Positions 35,943 to 46,494 of a stretch of 64,000 bases of DNA are shown piece after piece. Each line of letters opens with the position of its first letter. The first letter of the stretch is position 1. The notes below the pieces were generated by a model. It did no database searches, was not told the origin of the DNA, and saw only the letters and a program-made list of their open reading frames with translations. The translations under genes and the position numbers were made by a program. This stretch comes from Candidatus Latescibacterota bacterium (GTDB taxonomy: Bacteria; Latescibacterota; UBA2968; UBA8231), in NCBI GenBank assembly GCA_965217585.1, contig OZ244561.1, positions 1,440,001 through 1,504,000 of the forward strand, written 5' to 3'.

Positions 35943-37568
35943 TCACGGATCGCTACTTCTCTCTTCTATCGTTAAGTACCGATTGACCGGCAGGTCCGTA
36001 AAAATTTCTCGGTGTTGATCGGGCCAGCGCACTTCGAGCGTATCGATCCACTTGACGCGCCCCAGCCCGAAGTGGAGGCGGCGGTCCTCGCTGGAGAGGA
36101 AACTGCTGCCGCAGATGAGGTCGCGGATCTGCGTCCGCTTGCCAGCGACGAGTCGCGCTCGAGCTCCAATGCCATCGCGGTTGCCGCGCGTACCGACCAA
36201 GCGCAGGCCCAGCCAATTCCGCTGGTTGCCCACATCGTTCCGCAACAGCGAGGGCCGATCGTCGAGATTGGCAACGAAAACATCCAAGTCGCCGTCGTTG
36301 TCAAAGTCGAACATGTTGGCCCCTCGGCTGACGCGGGGCTCCCCGGAGCCGAGCGCGACCTGAGTAAACGTTCCGTCGCCAACATTGGCAAAAAGATGAT
36401 TGGATTGGGCATACGTACTGCCGCTGCCGGCGCGGTCGATCTGCGGATACACATGGCCGTTGGCCACCAACAGATCGAGATCGCCGTCGTGGTCAAAGTC
36501 GCAGAACCCCGCGCCAAAGCCCACGTGCGCCCACCCCGCAGGTGTCAAGGCAGCTTCCGCGCTGACATCCGCAAAGATGCCGTCGCCCTCGTTGCGATAG
36601 AGGGTATTGTACTCGTCTGCAAAATGCGTGGCGAGCAAATCGGGGCGGCCGTCGTTGTCGTAGTCGCCCCAAGCCACGCCCATGCTCGCTTGGATTTGTC
36701 CGCTGCGGCCATAGGCCAAGTGGGCCGGGAGGGAACGGTCGCTAAAGCGGCCATCGCCGCGATTGCGATAAAAAAAGTTTGGGCTGGAGTCGTTGGCCAC
36801 GAACAGGTCGGGCCAGCCATCGTCGTCCGCGTCTGCAAACAGTACGCCCAAGCCGTAGCCTGGGGAGGGGTGATTGAGGCGCGCCCAAGCGGTGATGTCG
36901 GCAAACTCGTCGCCGTCGTTGCGATAAAACACATCCGCAGCCCCTATCAATCCCCTCGGGCCGACGAAGACCTCCACCCCCTTCCATTGCGCCCCTAAGC
37001 GCTCGACCTTAGCGGAATCGAATACCGCATAGCTCGCCACATACAAGTCGAGGTCGCCGTCGCGGTCGTAGTCGGCCCACGCTGCGCCTGTGCTCCAACG
37101 GGGCGTAGCCACGCCAGCCGCTGCGGCCACATCGACAAAGCGGTTGCCGTCGTTGCGGTAGAGCAGATTCCCCCGCAATTGGGTCGCGTACAGGTCTTGA
37201 TCGCCATCGTTGTCAAAGTCCGCGCTGGTCGCACCCATGCCCCAGCCGCGGCCCGCGGTCCCGAGCGCCTCGCCCACATCGACAAAGCCGGTCAGGCCAT
37301 CGTTGCGAAAGAGCGCATGGCCACCGCCTTGGCCATTGACCCAGTACAGGTCTTGGTCGCCATCGCGATCAAAGTCGAGCGCGGCTGTGCCGCCGCCTTT
37401 GGCCTCGGGGATATAGCCCTTTTCCAAGCTGCCGCTCGTGTGGACTCGGGTCAGGCCGAGTTCGGCGGCCACATCGACGAAAGGCGCAAGCGGCTCGGCT
37501 GCGACGCAGCACGTCCACAGGATGACTGCGCAGAAGCCGCCGACTATGTTTGGGGAAAACGCGGGCAA
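35943..37568 (-). CDS. CRTAC1-family protein (FG-GAP/VCBS repeats plus ASPIC/UnbV)
   Basis: Repeated DxDxDGxxDL motifs; C-terminal NRDGIGA...LHFGLG...VRWP. Confidence 0.92.
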   Translation of the reverse strand: MPAFSPNIVGGFCAVILWTCCVAAEPLAPFVDVAAELGLTRVHTSGSLEKGYIPEAKGGGTAALDFDRDGDQDLYWVNGQGGGHALFRNDGLTGFVDVGEALGTAGRGWGMGATSADFDNDGDQDLYATQLRGNLLYRNDGNRFVDVAAAAGVATPRWSTGAAWADYDRDGDLDLYVASYAVFDSAKVERLGAQWKGVEVFVGPRGLIGAADVFYRNDGDEFADITAWARLNHPSPGYGLGVLFADADDDGWPDLFVANDSSPNFFYRNRGDGRFSDRSLPAHLAYGRSGQIQASMGVAWGDYDNDGRPDLLATHFADEYNTLYRNEGDGIFADVSAEAALTPAGWAHVGFGAGFCDFDHDGDLDLLVANGHVYPQIDRAGSGSTYAQSNHLFANVGDGTFTQVALGSGEPRVSRGANMFDFDNDGDLDVFVANLDDRPSLLRNDVGNQRNWLGLRLVGTRGNRDGIGARARLVAGKRTQIRDLICGSSFLSSEDRRLHFGLGRVKWIDTLEVRWPDQHREIFTDLPVNRYLTIEERSSDP

Positions 37569-37573
37569 TAGGT

Positions 37574-40078
37574 CTAGTACACGCTGGCGACGAGTTTGGT
37601 GATTGTCGTTTGCTCGCCTTCGGCGTCAACTTCCACGCCGACGCGACACATATACAGTCCCGGCGGCAACAGCCGGCCCTGTCGGTCCCGCCCATCCCAA
37701 GTCAGCCGCTGGACCCCCACGGCGGGCGCGGCCGCCTGCTCTATGCGCTGCACCGACTGGCCGTCTAGACCATAGACCTCCAGAATCAACGCCTTGGCTC
37801 CCTGCACTTGGAATACCGAAAAGACCAACTCCACCACATCGTTGATTCCGTCTCCATTGGGCGTAAACGGATTTGACGACGCGACCACCTCACCCAAAAC
37901 CGCCTTGGTAAAAGGCGTGAACACGGTCAGACCGCGGCCCGCGTTGACTCTACCGGCCGCGTCGTTATCCACCCGCTGCCACACTTGGTCGGCTCCTTGG
38001 CCGTGGCCGACCTGCACCTCAAAGGCATTGCTCACCAAGTAGAGTGCGCCGGAAAAGCGCAGCGACACGAGGTCCTGCCCCTGCACGACTGGCGCAGGCA
38101 GCCGCACCCACAGCGAATCCGGGCCGGTCGGCAGCCGCTCTAGCTGATCGCGTCCATACTGCTCCACACCCACAGCCCCGTCAATCAGGTCCATCTCCGT
38201 GCCCGGCGGCAGCTCTACCAGCACTTGGTCAAACCCGCTGTTGCCATCTTGGAACGCGGGCCGCAAGACCAAGGTAAAGGTCTGCGGCTGCCCGCGCTGG
38301 AGCGTTTTGTTGGGGGCGATCTCGCCGAGAATTTGGCTGGCGAGGGGCACGTCTAGCGCGAGGCGCAGGGAGCGCAGCAGCACGGCCGCGTCTGGATCGT
38401 CCGAGCGCAGGGTAGCCTCGATCATCACGTAGCGGCGCGGACTCGGCGAAGTGACGGGCGCACCCGTGGCCGAATAGGGCAGACTCCAAGAGCTCCAATC
38501 CGGACCGGGGATGATGGTAACAGTCGAATCGCCGCGCTGAAAGCTGAGCAGTTTGCGGTACTTGGCCTCGTTCACTTCTTGGCCCGTGCTCGTGAAGTAG
38601 CGGATGTGCTGGTCGAGTTGGTTCCCACTGCGGGTGCGGACGCGCACTTGGGTGCCGAGCGGCGCGTTGGCCGTCCAGTGCATGGCCGACAGGATGCGGG
38701 CCGCGCGCCCCAATTCGATCGGCTCAGATGTAAGCGACACCTCGGGGAGAAAGCCGCGTCCGTATAGCTGGAGCTCGCGGATGGCCGGGCGGGCCGACCC
38801 TTGAACCAAGGTGTAATCCATCCTGAAGTAACGCGCCTTGGTCAGCGGAAACACATTGTCCTGAAAGAGAATGCTGCGATGCGCGGTCCCCTCGCCACCT
38901 TCCTGGCCACGCGCCGTCAAGGCGACGTAGCTCAAGCTGCCGTCCGGTGCGCGGCTGCCGTCGGAAAGCGCAATCCCATAATTGGGAAACGCTTGGCTAT
39001 ACCTATCGCCAAAGACGATGGCAGCGCGGTTGACCCAGTACCAGGTTCCCAAGTCGAAATAGATATTGCGATGCGGATCCTGAAATACAACCGCCGGGTC
39101 GTTGAGGCTAAAGCCCACTTCCACGCTCCAGAAGGACCCCCACTCGCCGTCCACGGTTAGCTTTTCCGCGCCCAAGTTGCCGTAGCCGACAATCTCCCCG
39201 CCGCGAGCTATAGCGCCAAGGCTAATGTTGTCGCCCATGGTCCACACCTCGACTTCGGTCAGCCGCGGCCTCTCCCGGCGGTAGTATTCGACCGGGCCTT
39301 GCCATTCCGCCGCAATGGCCTCGTATGTCGCTTGATCTACTTGCCGCAAAACGCCGGAAGACTCGCGGCGGAAGTAGAGCACATCGCCGCGCTCTTCCTC
39401 CGGCAGACTGTTCCAGCGCGCGGCACTGATTTGCTCGGCTTGGCCCAAGTCGCTGGCCGTCGCCACCACTTGGAGAAACTGAATCAGACGACCACTAAGT
39501 CCCGGGTCCACTTTTCGGGTAGGCTGCAACTCGAACTCATAGACGCGCTGCAATTTGTTTAACCCCTCGCTGTGGCCGGCTGGCAGGTAGTTGAAGGACT
39601 TGCTTTGTAGGAAGGCGGGATCGCCGTTGGCGGTGAGCACCTTGAACTGGAGGAATGGATCGCCCTGGCCTTCAACCGCGAACTTCACCACCACCTTCTG
39701 CGCCCACACCAGCCGGCCCAAATCGATTTCGACCCACCACTTGTCGAGCGCGTCCGCTAAGTCCGGTTCCCAGAAGGTATCCTCCCGGCCATCTAGGATG
39801 TTCGCGGCTCCTGCTAGGTCGGTTCCAGCGTTGCGGATACCGCCCTGCATCCCATCTCCATAAGTAAACGAGCTCGCATCCAAGGCGGCGTTGACCTGCT
39901 CGCGGACAAAGATGGGCCGGACGCCTTCGTCGCTGAAGTCCAAGCTGCCCGGCGGAAAGTTCCACGCCGGCCAGTGCTCCGGAGCGACGTTCAACCCGTT
40001 GTCGTCGAGTTGGTACGCTTGGCACCACGCTGGGGAAGCCATCAGCAGAGCCGTGCCCACAATCGCAACGCTTTTCAT
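37574..40078 (-). CDS. Secreted discoidin-like repeat protein with a C-terminal FlgD-Ig/TPNGDG domain
   Basis: Signal peptide, ILDG..DTFW / IDLG units, SPSPRRY, NPFTPNGDGIND, WDGRD..G..LPPGLY. Confidence 0.8.
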   Translation of the reverse strand: MKSVAIVGTALLMASPAWCQAYQLDDNGLNVAPEHWPAWNFPPGSLDFSDEGVRPIFVREQVNAALDASSFTYGDGMQGGIRNAGTDLAGAANILDGREDTFWEPDLADALDKWWVEIDLGRLVWAQKVVVKFAVEGQGDPFLQFKVLTANGDPAFLQSKSFNYLPAGHSEGLNKLQRVYEFELQPTRKVDPGLSGRLIQFLQVVATASDLGQAEQISAARWNSLPEEERGDVLYFRRESSGVLRQVDQATYEAIAAEWQGPVEYYRRERPRLTEVEVWTMGDNISLGAIARGGEIVGYGNLGAEKLTVDGEWGSFWSVEVGFSLNDPAVVFQDPHRNIYFDLGTWYWVNRAAIVFGDRYSQAFPNYGIALSDGSRAPDGSLSYVALTARGQEGGEGTAHRSILFQDNVFPLTKARYFRMDYTLVQGSARPAIRELQLYGRGFLPEVSLTSEPIELGRAARILSAMHWTANAPLGTQVRVRTRSGNQLDQHIRYFTSTGQEVNEAKYRKLLSFQRGDSTVTIIPGPDWSSWSLPYSATGAPVTSPSPRRYVMIEATLRSDDPDAAVLLRSLRLALDVPLASQILGEIAPNKTLQRGQPQTFTLVLRPAFQDGNSGFDQVLVELPPGTEMDLIDGAVGVEQYGRDQLERLPTGPDSLWVRLPAPVVQGQDLVSLRFSGALYLVSNAFEVQVGHGQGADQVWQRVDNDAAGRVNAGRGLTVFTPFTKAVLGEVVASSNPFTPNGDGINDVVELVFSVFQVQGAKALILEVYGLDGQSVQRIEQAAAPAVGVQRLTWDGRDRQGRLLPPGLYMCRVGVEVDAEGEQTTITKLVASVY

Positions 40079-40085
40079 GGCAGCA

Positions 40086-41207
40086 TCAGTGTGGATCGCC
40101 CACTCGCCAGCGGTGTTTTTCTACCCCATCCATGTCCAACTCAATCCCAAAACCCGGCCCTTCCGGCAACACGATGCAACTGTCCTCCACCCGCAGCGGC
40201 TCGGTGATGATCTCGTCTCGCCACGCAATGCCGGTTACGAACTCCATGGGGGCCACATTCGGTATGGAGGCCATCAAGTGCGCGGCCGCTATGATGCCGA
40301 CCGGGCCTTTGGTGTTGTGCGGCGATATGGGGACGTGAAAGGTGTCGGCAATGGCCGCAATTTTGCGCACCTCGGTAATCCCGCCGGCGTACATCAGGTC
40401 TGGCTGCGCCACGTCGATGCCGTCTAGCTCCAACAATTGGCGGTAGTGGCTCTTGGTATTCAGCCGCTCGCTGCCCATGACCGGAATGGAGATTTCCCGT
40501 CGCACTTTTGGGTAGGCGTGCAGGTCTTCCGGCGGCACGGGATCTTCAAACACGTAGAGGTCGTACGACTCTATGGCGCGGGCCAAGCGGATGCACTGGG
40601 CCACTGTGAAGCGACCGTGGCAATCGATCAACAGCTTGACATCCGGCCCCACTGCTTCCCGCACCGCGGCGAAGTGCTCTGCCGTCTCTTTCGGATGGCC
40701 GTCGTCCGCGTACTGACCGAAGTCGGCCCCACTCCGCGAACGCGCGCCGCCCTTGAGCGCGGTGTACCCCTCGTCCGCCTTTTCCCGCGCCATTTTCGCC
40801 GAATCCTCGGGCGTGGCACCGCCAAAGTGCGTATAGACCTCAACCCGGTCGCGGAACTTGCCGCCCAACAGTTCGACCACCGGCAGGTTCGCCACCTTGC
40901 CCTTGATGTCCCACAGAGCTTGGTCAATGCCGCTCATGGCACTCATCCACACGGGACCCGCCATGCGCCAGATACCGCTCAGCGAGGAGCGCAGATAGAG
41001 CTTGTGCCACAAGTACTCGATGCGCGCCGGGTCTTCGCCGATTAGCTCCTGTTTGAAATGCTCAACCGCGGCGACTACCACCGGCTCCTTTTGGGAATAC
41101 GTGGCCTCGCCCAAGCCCACTAAGCCTTCGTCTGTAAAGACCCGCACAATCGTCCATTTGCGGCCCGGCGAGTCGATCAGAATGGTATCAATATCGCGTA
41201 TCTTCAT
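40086..41207 (-). CDS. Mandelate racemase/muconate-lactonizing family enzyme (galactonate dehydratase-like)
   Basis: GLGEA, SGIDQALWDIKGK, IDCHGR, FEDP, GSER, QPD, PHN. Confidence 0.9.
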   Translation of the reverse strand: MKIRDIDTILIDSPGRKWTIVRVFTDEGLVGLGEATYSQKEPVVVAAVEHFKQELIGEDPARIEYLWHKLYLRSSLSGIWRMAGPVWMSAMSGIDQALWDIKGKVANLPVVELLGGKFRDRVEVYTHFGGATPEDSAKMAREKADEGYTALKGGARSRSGADFGQYADDGHPKETAEHFAAVREAVGPDVKLLIDCHGRFTVAQCIRLARAIESYDLYVFEDPVPPEDLHAYPKVRREISIPVMGSERLNTKSHYRQLLELDGIDVAQPDLMYAGGITEVRKIAAIADTFHVPISPHNTKGPVGIIAAAHLMASIPNVAPMEFVTGIAWRDEIITEPLRVEDSCIVLPEGPGFGIELDMDGVEKHRWRVGDPH

Positions 41208-41238
41208 CGCACTAATCCTCCCTTTGCAGTGTGAATTG

Positions 41239-43227
41239 TCAAATCTGCGTCAGAAAGCTGCCCATGTGCCCGGTGATGTAATCGGCCACCAGCCAGACGC
41301 CGGCCGCGACCACTTCCCCGAGGATCAGCCCCAGAAAAAACGGACGCAGGTTCCTGTATAGTCGCGGCCCCCCATACTTGAGAATCACCAGCTTGAGCAG
41401 CCAAGCTATGAGCGCACTGGCAAAGATGTGGCCGGTCTTCCAGTTCGCGCTAATAGCGTAGCCGAGCGGGTTGAAGGGCCACCACAGCAAATGGTGCCGC
41501 ATCCACATCAGCGCAGCCATCACCCCACCGCCGACCCCCATGAACAGCCAAGTGTCGAGACGCGGGCCGGTCAATTCCGCCGCAATGCGCGGAGCCATGT
41601 CCTTGGGGCCGTATGTGGCGGCCCCCCAGCCAAAAAACAGGCCGTTGAGGTTGATGCCGCCGTATTTGTACGCCAACGCCATGGTAACGTATGAAGAGCC
41701 AACCAAGCTGACCACAATGGCGATGATCACCGCCCAAAACAGCCGCCGCTTCCCACCCTTGATTACCTCGCTCATCTTCAGGCCATTGGCGACCGACGAC
41801 ATTACAAACGAGCGGATCTCCGAGTGCCAGCCATACGAAAACCCCAAGGCCACCAAGCCCGAGGCCCCCACGCTGGAAGCCCCGGCACCGGAAATCACAA
41901 AGGTCGAGGTCATAATGGGGGGACGCATCGCCGGAATGCCTCCTTCGGCGACCACCCGCGTCAGGCCCAAAAACAGCACCATGGCCCCAAAGATAAACAT
42001 CGCCACGCCCAATGGCGGCAGCCCCGCCATCCACAGACCCAACCCCACCAAGCCGAGCGACCCCAACAGCCCAAAGGTAGCCTGCCGGTAAGACATGATT
42101 TCGTCGGCATCCTCCTCGTCTGGGTCGCCGTGCCATGCTTTTCGCCACACGGCGCGCAAGTGCCCGCGCGACACCCACAGCCCGACCAGCACGAAGACGA
42201 TCATCGCCCCCATGCCCTGATGGGCTAGGTACGGCTCCCGCGAGTACAGATCCATCCGCTCGGTGCTTTGCATGCCGAGGACGTTGAAAATGCCCCGTTG
42301 CACCGTGGTCAGGACATAGAACACCCAGATGGACGCGGAAATATCCAAGTTGACAAAGTAGAAGAAGCCGATCCAAGGCGGGCTGAACCACAAATCCAAG
42401 CGCACGCTATCGCGAAACAGGGGAAGCGACGTACTCCGCGCAATCCCGGGCACCTCCGGGTAATAGGCGTGTAATCCATTGACGCTGAGCAAGACGAACG
42501 CGAAGGCAAACCCCAGCCACATCGGCTTATTGATAAAAAACGCCCGCCCAATAGCCCGCCCTTGCTCGCGCTGGATCATCTCCATCGGCACCTGCACCAA
42601 CGGATACGCCAGCTTCTCCCGATCGACCCATTGCTTGCGCAGGATGACCATCGTGCAAATCATCGCTGCGCTGAGCGCCAAGAAGAAGCCGTACCAATAG
42701 GTCAGCGGCAGCACCCACGCGCTCCAAGGGATGGCGGCCCCTTCCGGCAGCCCTTCAAAGAAGTAGCGCGCCACGTTTTCGCCGCGCGGGATCATCCACG
42801 TGGGGATGTACTGGTTGTATAAAAAGTCCCAGTTATTCTCCGGCGTCGCGTAGTACGTAGAGCCGACCAGACAGGGGATGATAAATTGAGTAAACCCCAT
42901 CCCGGGAATGCAGCAGGCGACCACCAACATGATGTAGATGGTAATCAGCTCGGATTGGGTCAGGGCCAAGGAGCGGCGCAGGCAGTACACGATGCCGCTG
43001 GCGGGCACCAAAAAAAAGAAGAAGAACAGAGCGGCCGGCGTACTAAAATTTAAGGTCAGGTACGAGCCGCGAATGATGGTCGTTGCGTACGCGTCTAAAC
43101 CATTGAGCAGCAAGGCGAGCACCGCGCCGATCAGGATGCCCCGCGCGGGGATGCCGACGAGACCCTGCTGCCTTTCCTCCGCCGAGTGCACCCATTCGAG
43201 GTATGCTGGAGGAATCTGCTTTTTCAA
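41239..43227 (-). CDS. Polytopic DUF6785/DUF6784-like (OPT-related) membrane transporter
   Basis: Many TM helices; RKQWVDREKLAYP, HQGMGA, RVVAEGG, WWPFNPLGY, PFFLGLILG. Confidence 0.8.
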   Translation of the reverse strand: MKKQIPPAYLEWVHSAEERQQGLVGIPARGILIGAVLALLLNGLDAYATTIIRGSYLTLNFSTPAALFFFFFLVPASGIVYCLRRSLALTQSELITIYIMLVVACCIPGMGFTQFIIPCLVGSTYYATPENNWDFLYNQYIPTWMIPRGENVARYFFEGLPEGAAIPWSAWVLPLTYWYGFFLALSAAMICTMVILRKQWVDREKLAYPLVQVPMEMIQREQGRAIGRAFFINKPMWLGFAFAFVLLSVNGLHAYYPEVPGIARSTSLPLFRDSVRLDLWFSPPWIGFFYFVNLDISASIWVFYVLTTVQRGIFNVLGMQSTERMDLYSREPYLAHQGMGAMIVFVLVGLWVSRGHLRAVWRKAWHGDPDEEDADEIMSYRQATFGLLGSLGLVGLGLWMAGLPPLGVAMFIFGAMVLFLGLTRVVAEGGIPAMRPPIMTSTFVISGAGASSVGASGLVALGFSYGWHSEIRSFVMSSVANGLKMSEVIKGGKRRLFWAVIIAIVVSLVGSSYVTMALAYKYGGINLNGLFFGWGAATYGPKDMAPRIAAELTGPRLDTWLFMGVGGGVMAALMWMRHHLLWWPFNPLGYAISANWKTGHIFASALIAWLLKLVILKYGGPRLYRNLRPFFLGLILGEVVAAGVWLVADYITGHMGSFLTQI

Positions 43228-43254
43228 TTCCGTTTGCCTCGATCATGGTTCAAA

Positions 43255-45774
43255 TCAGTACGCACTAGCGACGAGTTTGGTAATCATCGTTTGCTCGCCT
43301 TCGGCATCTACCTTCACGCCGACCCGACACAGATACAGGCCCGGCGGCGTCAGGCGACCCTGATCGTCCCGCCCGTCCCAAGTCACACGCTGCACTCCGG
43401 CGGCGTGTGCCACCACCGGGGCCATCTGCCGCACGCGTTGGCCGTCTAAGCCATACACCTCTAGCACCAACGCCTTGGTGCCCTGCACCGCGAACACCGG
43501 AAACACCAATTCCACCACGTCGTTGATCCCGTCCCCATTCGGCGTAAACGGATTCGACGACGCGATCACCTCGCCCAACAACCCGCCGCTAAGTGGGGTC
43601 AACACCTGCAAGCTGCGGCCGGCGCCGGCATCTACCCGCTGCCACACCCGCTCGTCACCTTCACCCAACCCTACCTGCACGGCAAAAGCATTGCTCGCAA
43701 GGTAGAGCACACCCGAAAATTGCAGCGCGACGAACCCCTCTTCCTCCGTCACGGGCACAGGTAGCCGCACCCACAGCGAATCGGTGCCGGTCTCTATCCT
43801 CGTCACTTCTTCCGGCCCGTAGCGTTCGCGTTCCGCGCCTACAACCACTTCCTCCAGATCGACCGCCGCCCCCGGCGGCAGCACCATTAGTACCTGATCG
43901 AAGCCGCGATTGTCAGCTTGGAACTGCGGCTGCAAAGACAACGTGAAGGTCGTGCGCTCCCCCCGCTGTTGAGTCTGCCGCGGCTGTACCTCGCCTAGGA
44001 CTTGGCTGGCCAAGGGCCAATCCAACGCGATGTGCAGCCGGCGCAACAACACCGCTTGGCCGGGGTCGTCCGAGCGCAGCGTGGCCTCCACTATGGTGTA
44101 GCGCCGCGGGCTTGGCGAGGTAATCGGCGCGGCCGTGGCCGAGTAGAACGGACTCCAAGCGCTCCAGTCGGTGCCGGGAACCACCGAGACGGTCGAATCG
44201 CCCCGCTGAAAGCTGAGCAGCTTGCGATATTTGGCCTCGGTCACCTCTTTCCCGGCCGTAGTGAAGTAGTGGATTTCCTCGTTGAGCTGGTTGCCGGTGC
44301 GCGTGCGAAATTGCACTTGGGTACCCGGCGGGGCGTCGGCTGCCCAGTGAATGGAAGATAGGATGCGCGGGTCGCTGCCCAGCTCCATCGGTGCCGATTG
44401 GAGCGTCACCTGCGGGAGAAAGCCGTGGCCGTAGAGCTGGAGCTCGCGGATGCCCGAGTTGGCCCAACTCGGGACCATGAGCACGCGGTAATCCATCTTG
44501 AAGTAGCGCGCCTTGGTCAGCGGAAAGGCATTGTCCTGATAAAAAATGTGGGGAAACAGCCCGCTGAAGCGGCCCGGCTCTTGGTCGGCGGTTTCCCGCG
44601 CGGACAGCCCAACATAGGCCAAGCTGCCGTCCGGGTTGCGCTGCCCATTCGAGAGGTTGATGACGTAGTTGGGGAACGCGCCGGTAAAGCCGTGGGCGAT
44701 GTTTTCGCGGTCAAAGCTGATGACCGCTCGGCTGATCCAGAACCAAGTTCCCAAGTCGAAGAGGAGTTCGCGGTCGAACTCCACGTCGATGTGCTCGCCG
44801 CCGCTGACGCCCACTTGCTCGGTCCACACGGTCTTGTAGTCGCCGTCAACGGCCAAGCGCTCCGTCCCGGTATTGCTCGTGCCCCCGATCAACCCACCCC
44901 GGCTCAGCGCGCCCAAGCTGATGTTGTCGCCTTCGGTCCACACCTCCACCTCGGCCAGCCGCGGTCGCTCCCGTCGATAGTACTGAATCGGGCCAGTGCG
45001 CGACTCGCTCAGTTCTGCGTGTTGGGCCTGATCAATTTGTCGCAAAACGCCCGAGGACTCGCGCAAGAAGTAGAGCACATCGCCGCGCTCTTCCTCCGGC
45101 AAGCTATTCCAGCGGGCTTCGCTGACTTCGTGCCCTTGGCCTCGCGCACTGGCCGTGGCCACGATCTGGACGAACTGGAACATGTCGCCGACAAAGTCCG
45201 CGTCCGCTTCCTGCGAGGGCTTCAGATCAAACTCAAAGACGCGCTGGGTTTTGTTCAAACCTTCGCTACGGCCAGCCTGCGCGAAGCGGATCGCCTTGCT
45301 CTGAGAAAACGCCGGGAGGCCGTTGGAAGTAAGCACCTTGAACTGTAGGAAAGGATCGCCCATACCTTCCGGGGCGAATTTCACTACGATCTTGCGCGCC
45401 CACACCAAGCGGCCCAAGTCGATCTCGACCCACCAATCGCGCAGGGGCGCGTCCAAGTCCGGCTCCCAGAAGGTATCCTCTTGGCCGTCTATGACATTCA
45501 CGGCCGCGGCCAAGTGAACGCCCGCCGCCCGGATCCCGCCCTGCACATCTTCGCCGTAAACAAAGTTCGGGGCGTCTAGCACGGCGTTGATTTGCGCGCG
45601 GATCAAGTGCGGCCGCACCCCTTCCGGGCCGAATTGCACCGTGCCCGCGGCCACCTCCCATTCCGCCCAGTCGCTCTCGTCAATGGCGACCCGGTCCGCT
45701 TCGAGGCGAAATCCCTGGGGCCACGCCGCAGCGGCGACCAGCAGGGCACAAACAACGAGCCACAACCGATTCAC
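43255..45774 (-). CDS. Secreted discoidin-like/FlgD-Ig protein, close paralog of 37574-40078
   Basis: Same architecture and shared blocks. Probable start is GTG at 45774, overlapping the upstream stop. Confidence 0.8.
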   Translation of the reverse strand: MNRLWLVVCALLVAAAAWPQGFRLEADRVAIDESDWAEWEVAAGTVQFGPEGVRPHLIRAQINAVLDAPNFVYGEDVQGGIRAAGVHLAAAVNVIDGQEDTFWEPDLDAPLRDWWVEIDLGRLVWARKIVVKFAPEGMGDPFLQFKVLTSNGLPAFSQSKAIRFAQAGRSEGLNKTQRVFEFDLKPSQEADADFVGDMFQFVQIVATASARGQGHEVSEARWNSLPEEERGDVLYFLRESSGVLRQIDQAQHAELSESRTGPIQYYRRERPRLAEVEVWTEGDNISLGALSRGGLIGGTSNTGTERLAVDGDYKTVWTEQVGVSGGEHIDVEFDRELLFDLGTWFWISRAVISFDRENIAHGFTGAFPNYVINLSNGQRNPDGSLAYVGLSARETADQEPGRFSGLFPHIFYQDNAFPLTKARYFKMDYRVLMVPSWANSGIRELQLYGHGFLPQVTLQSAPMELGSDPRILSSIHWAADAPPGTQVQFRTRTGNQLNEEIHYFTTAGKEVTEAKYRKLLSFQRGDSTVSVVPGTDWSAWSPFYSATAAPITSPSPRRYTIVEATLRSDDPGQAVLLRRLHIALDWPLASQVLGEVQPRQTQQRGERTTFTLSLQPQFQADNRGFDQVLMVLPPGAAVDLEEVVVGAERERYGPEEVTRIETGTDSLWVRLPVPVTEEEGFVALQFSGVLYLASNAFAVQVGLGEGDERVWQRVDAGAGRSLQVLTPLSGGLLGEVIASSNPFTPNGDGINDVVELVFPVFAVQGTKALVLEVYGLDGQRVRQMAPVVAHAAGVQRVTWDGRDDQGRLTPPGLYLCRVGVKVDAEGEQTMITKLVASAY

Positions 45775-46481
45775 GCGAGCCTTCCCTCCCCTACCTGCTG
45801 GCACGCCGCGATGAATTCCTCGGCCGTGGTGGTATAACCGATCAGATGTTCAAAGTTGCGCAGCGTGATCCGGTTGATCCAACCTCCTTCTGGCAGGCTG
45901 TCGTCTAGCGTGTCTGGCATTTCGATCGTACCAGGAGCATTTGAACAATCGCGCAAGAGAATGACGCGGTAATTCCTCCCTACCGCTTCGGCGCAGGTGT
46001 AGTGCAAGCAGGCCCGCCGGCTGTAGCCGACGACGAACAGCGTCCTAATGCCGTAGCTGCGCAAGTGCTGGTCCAAGAAGGTGTCGTGGAAGCCGCTCCA
46101 GATCCACTTGGGGAAATTGCGCTCGCCCTCGCGGGGGGCCACGCAGTCGAGGTATTCGGGTTTGTATTCTTGCCGCGCCCAGCTTGCAATGCCGTTGCCG
46201 CCGCCGCCCTTGGTCTTGCCCCAGATCTCGCCCACGATGTTGCCGGGGTCGGCCACTAGGCGCAGGTCGTTGTGGACGTAATTGACCCGCATCCCACTGT
46301 CGCGGGCGACTTGTAACGCCGGCGCGATGAAGTTCTCGGTCGTTGGATTGGGCGAGCGCCCATCGATATCCACCAAGAGAAAGGCGCACTCGACGAACTC
46401 TAGGGTCAGGGTCTCGTACCCGTAGTCGTACCCGCCGGGATAATCCTTGTAATAGCGAATGGGAATTTGAATGTTAGCCAT
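45771..46481 (-). CDS. Isochorismatase-family cysteine hydrolase
   Basis: LLVDID, K.IWSGF..T.LD..LR..GI, G....ACL..T, VILLRDC. Confidence 0.8.
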   Translation of the reverse strand: MANIQIPIRYYKDYPGGYDYGYETLTLEFVECAFLLVDIDGRSPNPTTENFIAPALQVARDSGMRVNYVHNDLRLVADPGNIVGEIWGKTKGGGGNGIASWARQEYKPEYLDCVAPREGERNFPKWIWSGFHDTFLDQHLRSYGIRTLFVVGYSRRACLHYTCAEAVGRNYRVILLRDCSNAPGTIEMPDTLDDSLPEGGWINRITLRNFEHLIGYTTTAEEFIAACQQVGEGRLA

Positions 46482-46494
46482 AGGGCCTCCTTTT

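Noticed and set aside
35943-37568. Periodic gtcgccgtcg-like DNA repeats suggesting an array
   Set aside because: They encode the DxDxDG repeats of CRTAC1. No CRISPR repeat-spacer structure or cas genes were seen anywhere in the window.
37574-45774. Diversity-generating retroelement explanation for the paralog similarity
   Set aside because: Differences are not adenine-specific, both copies are full genes, and no reverse transcriptase is present.
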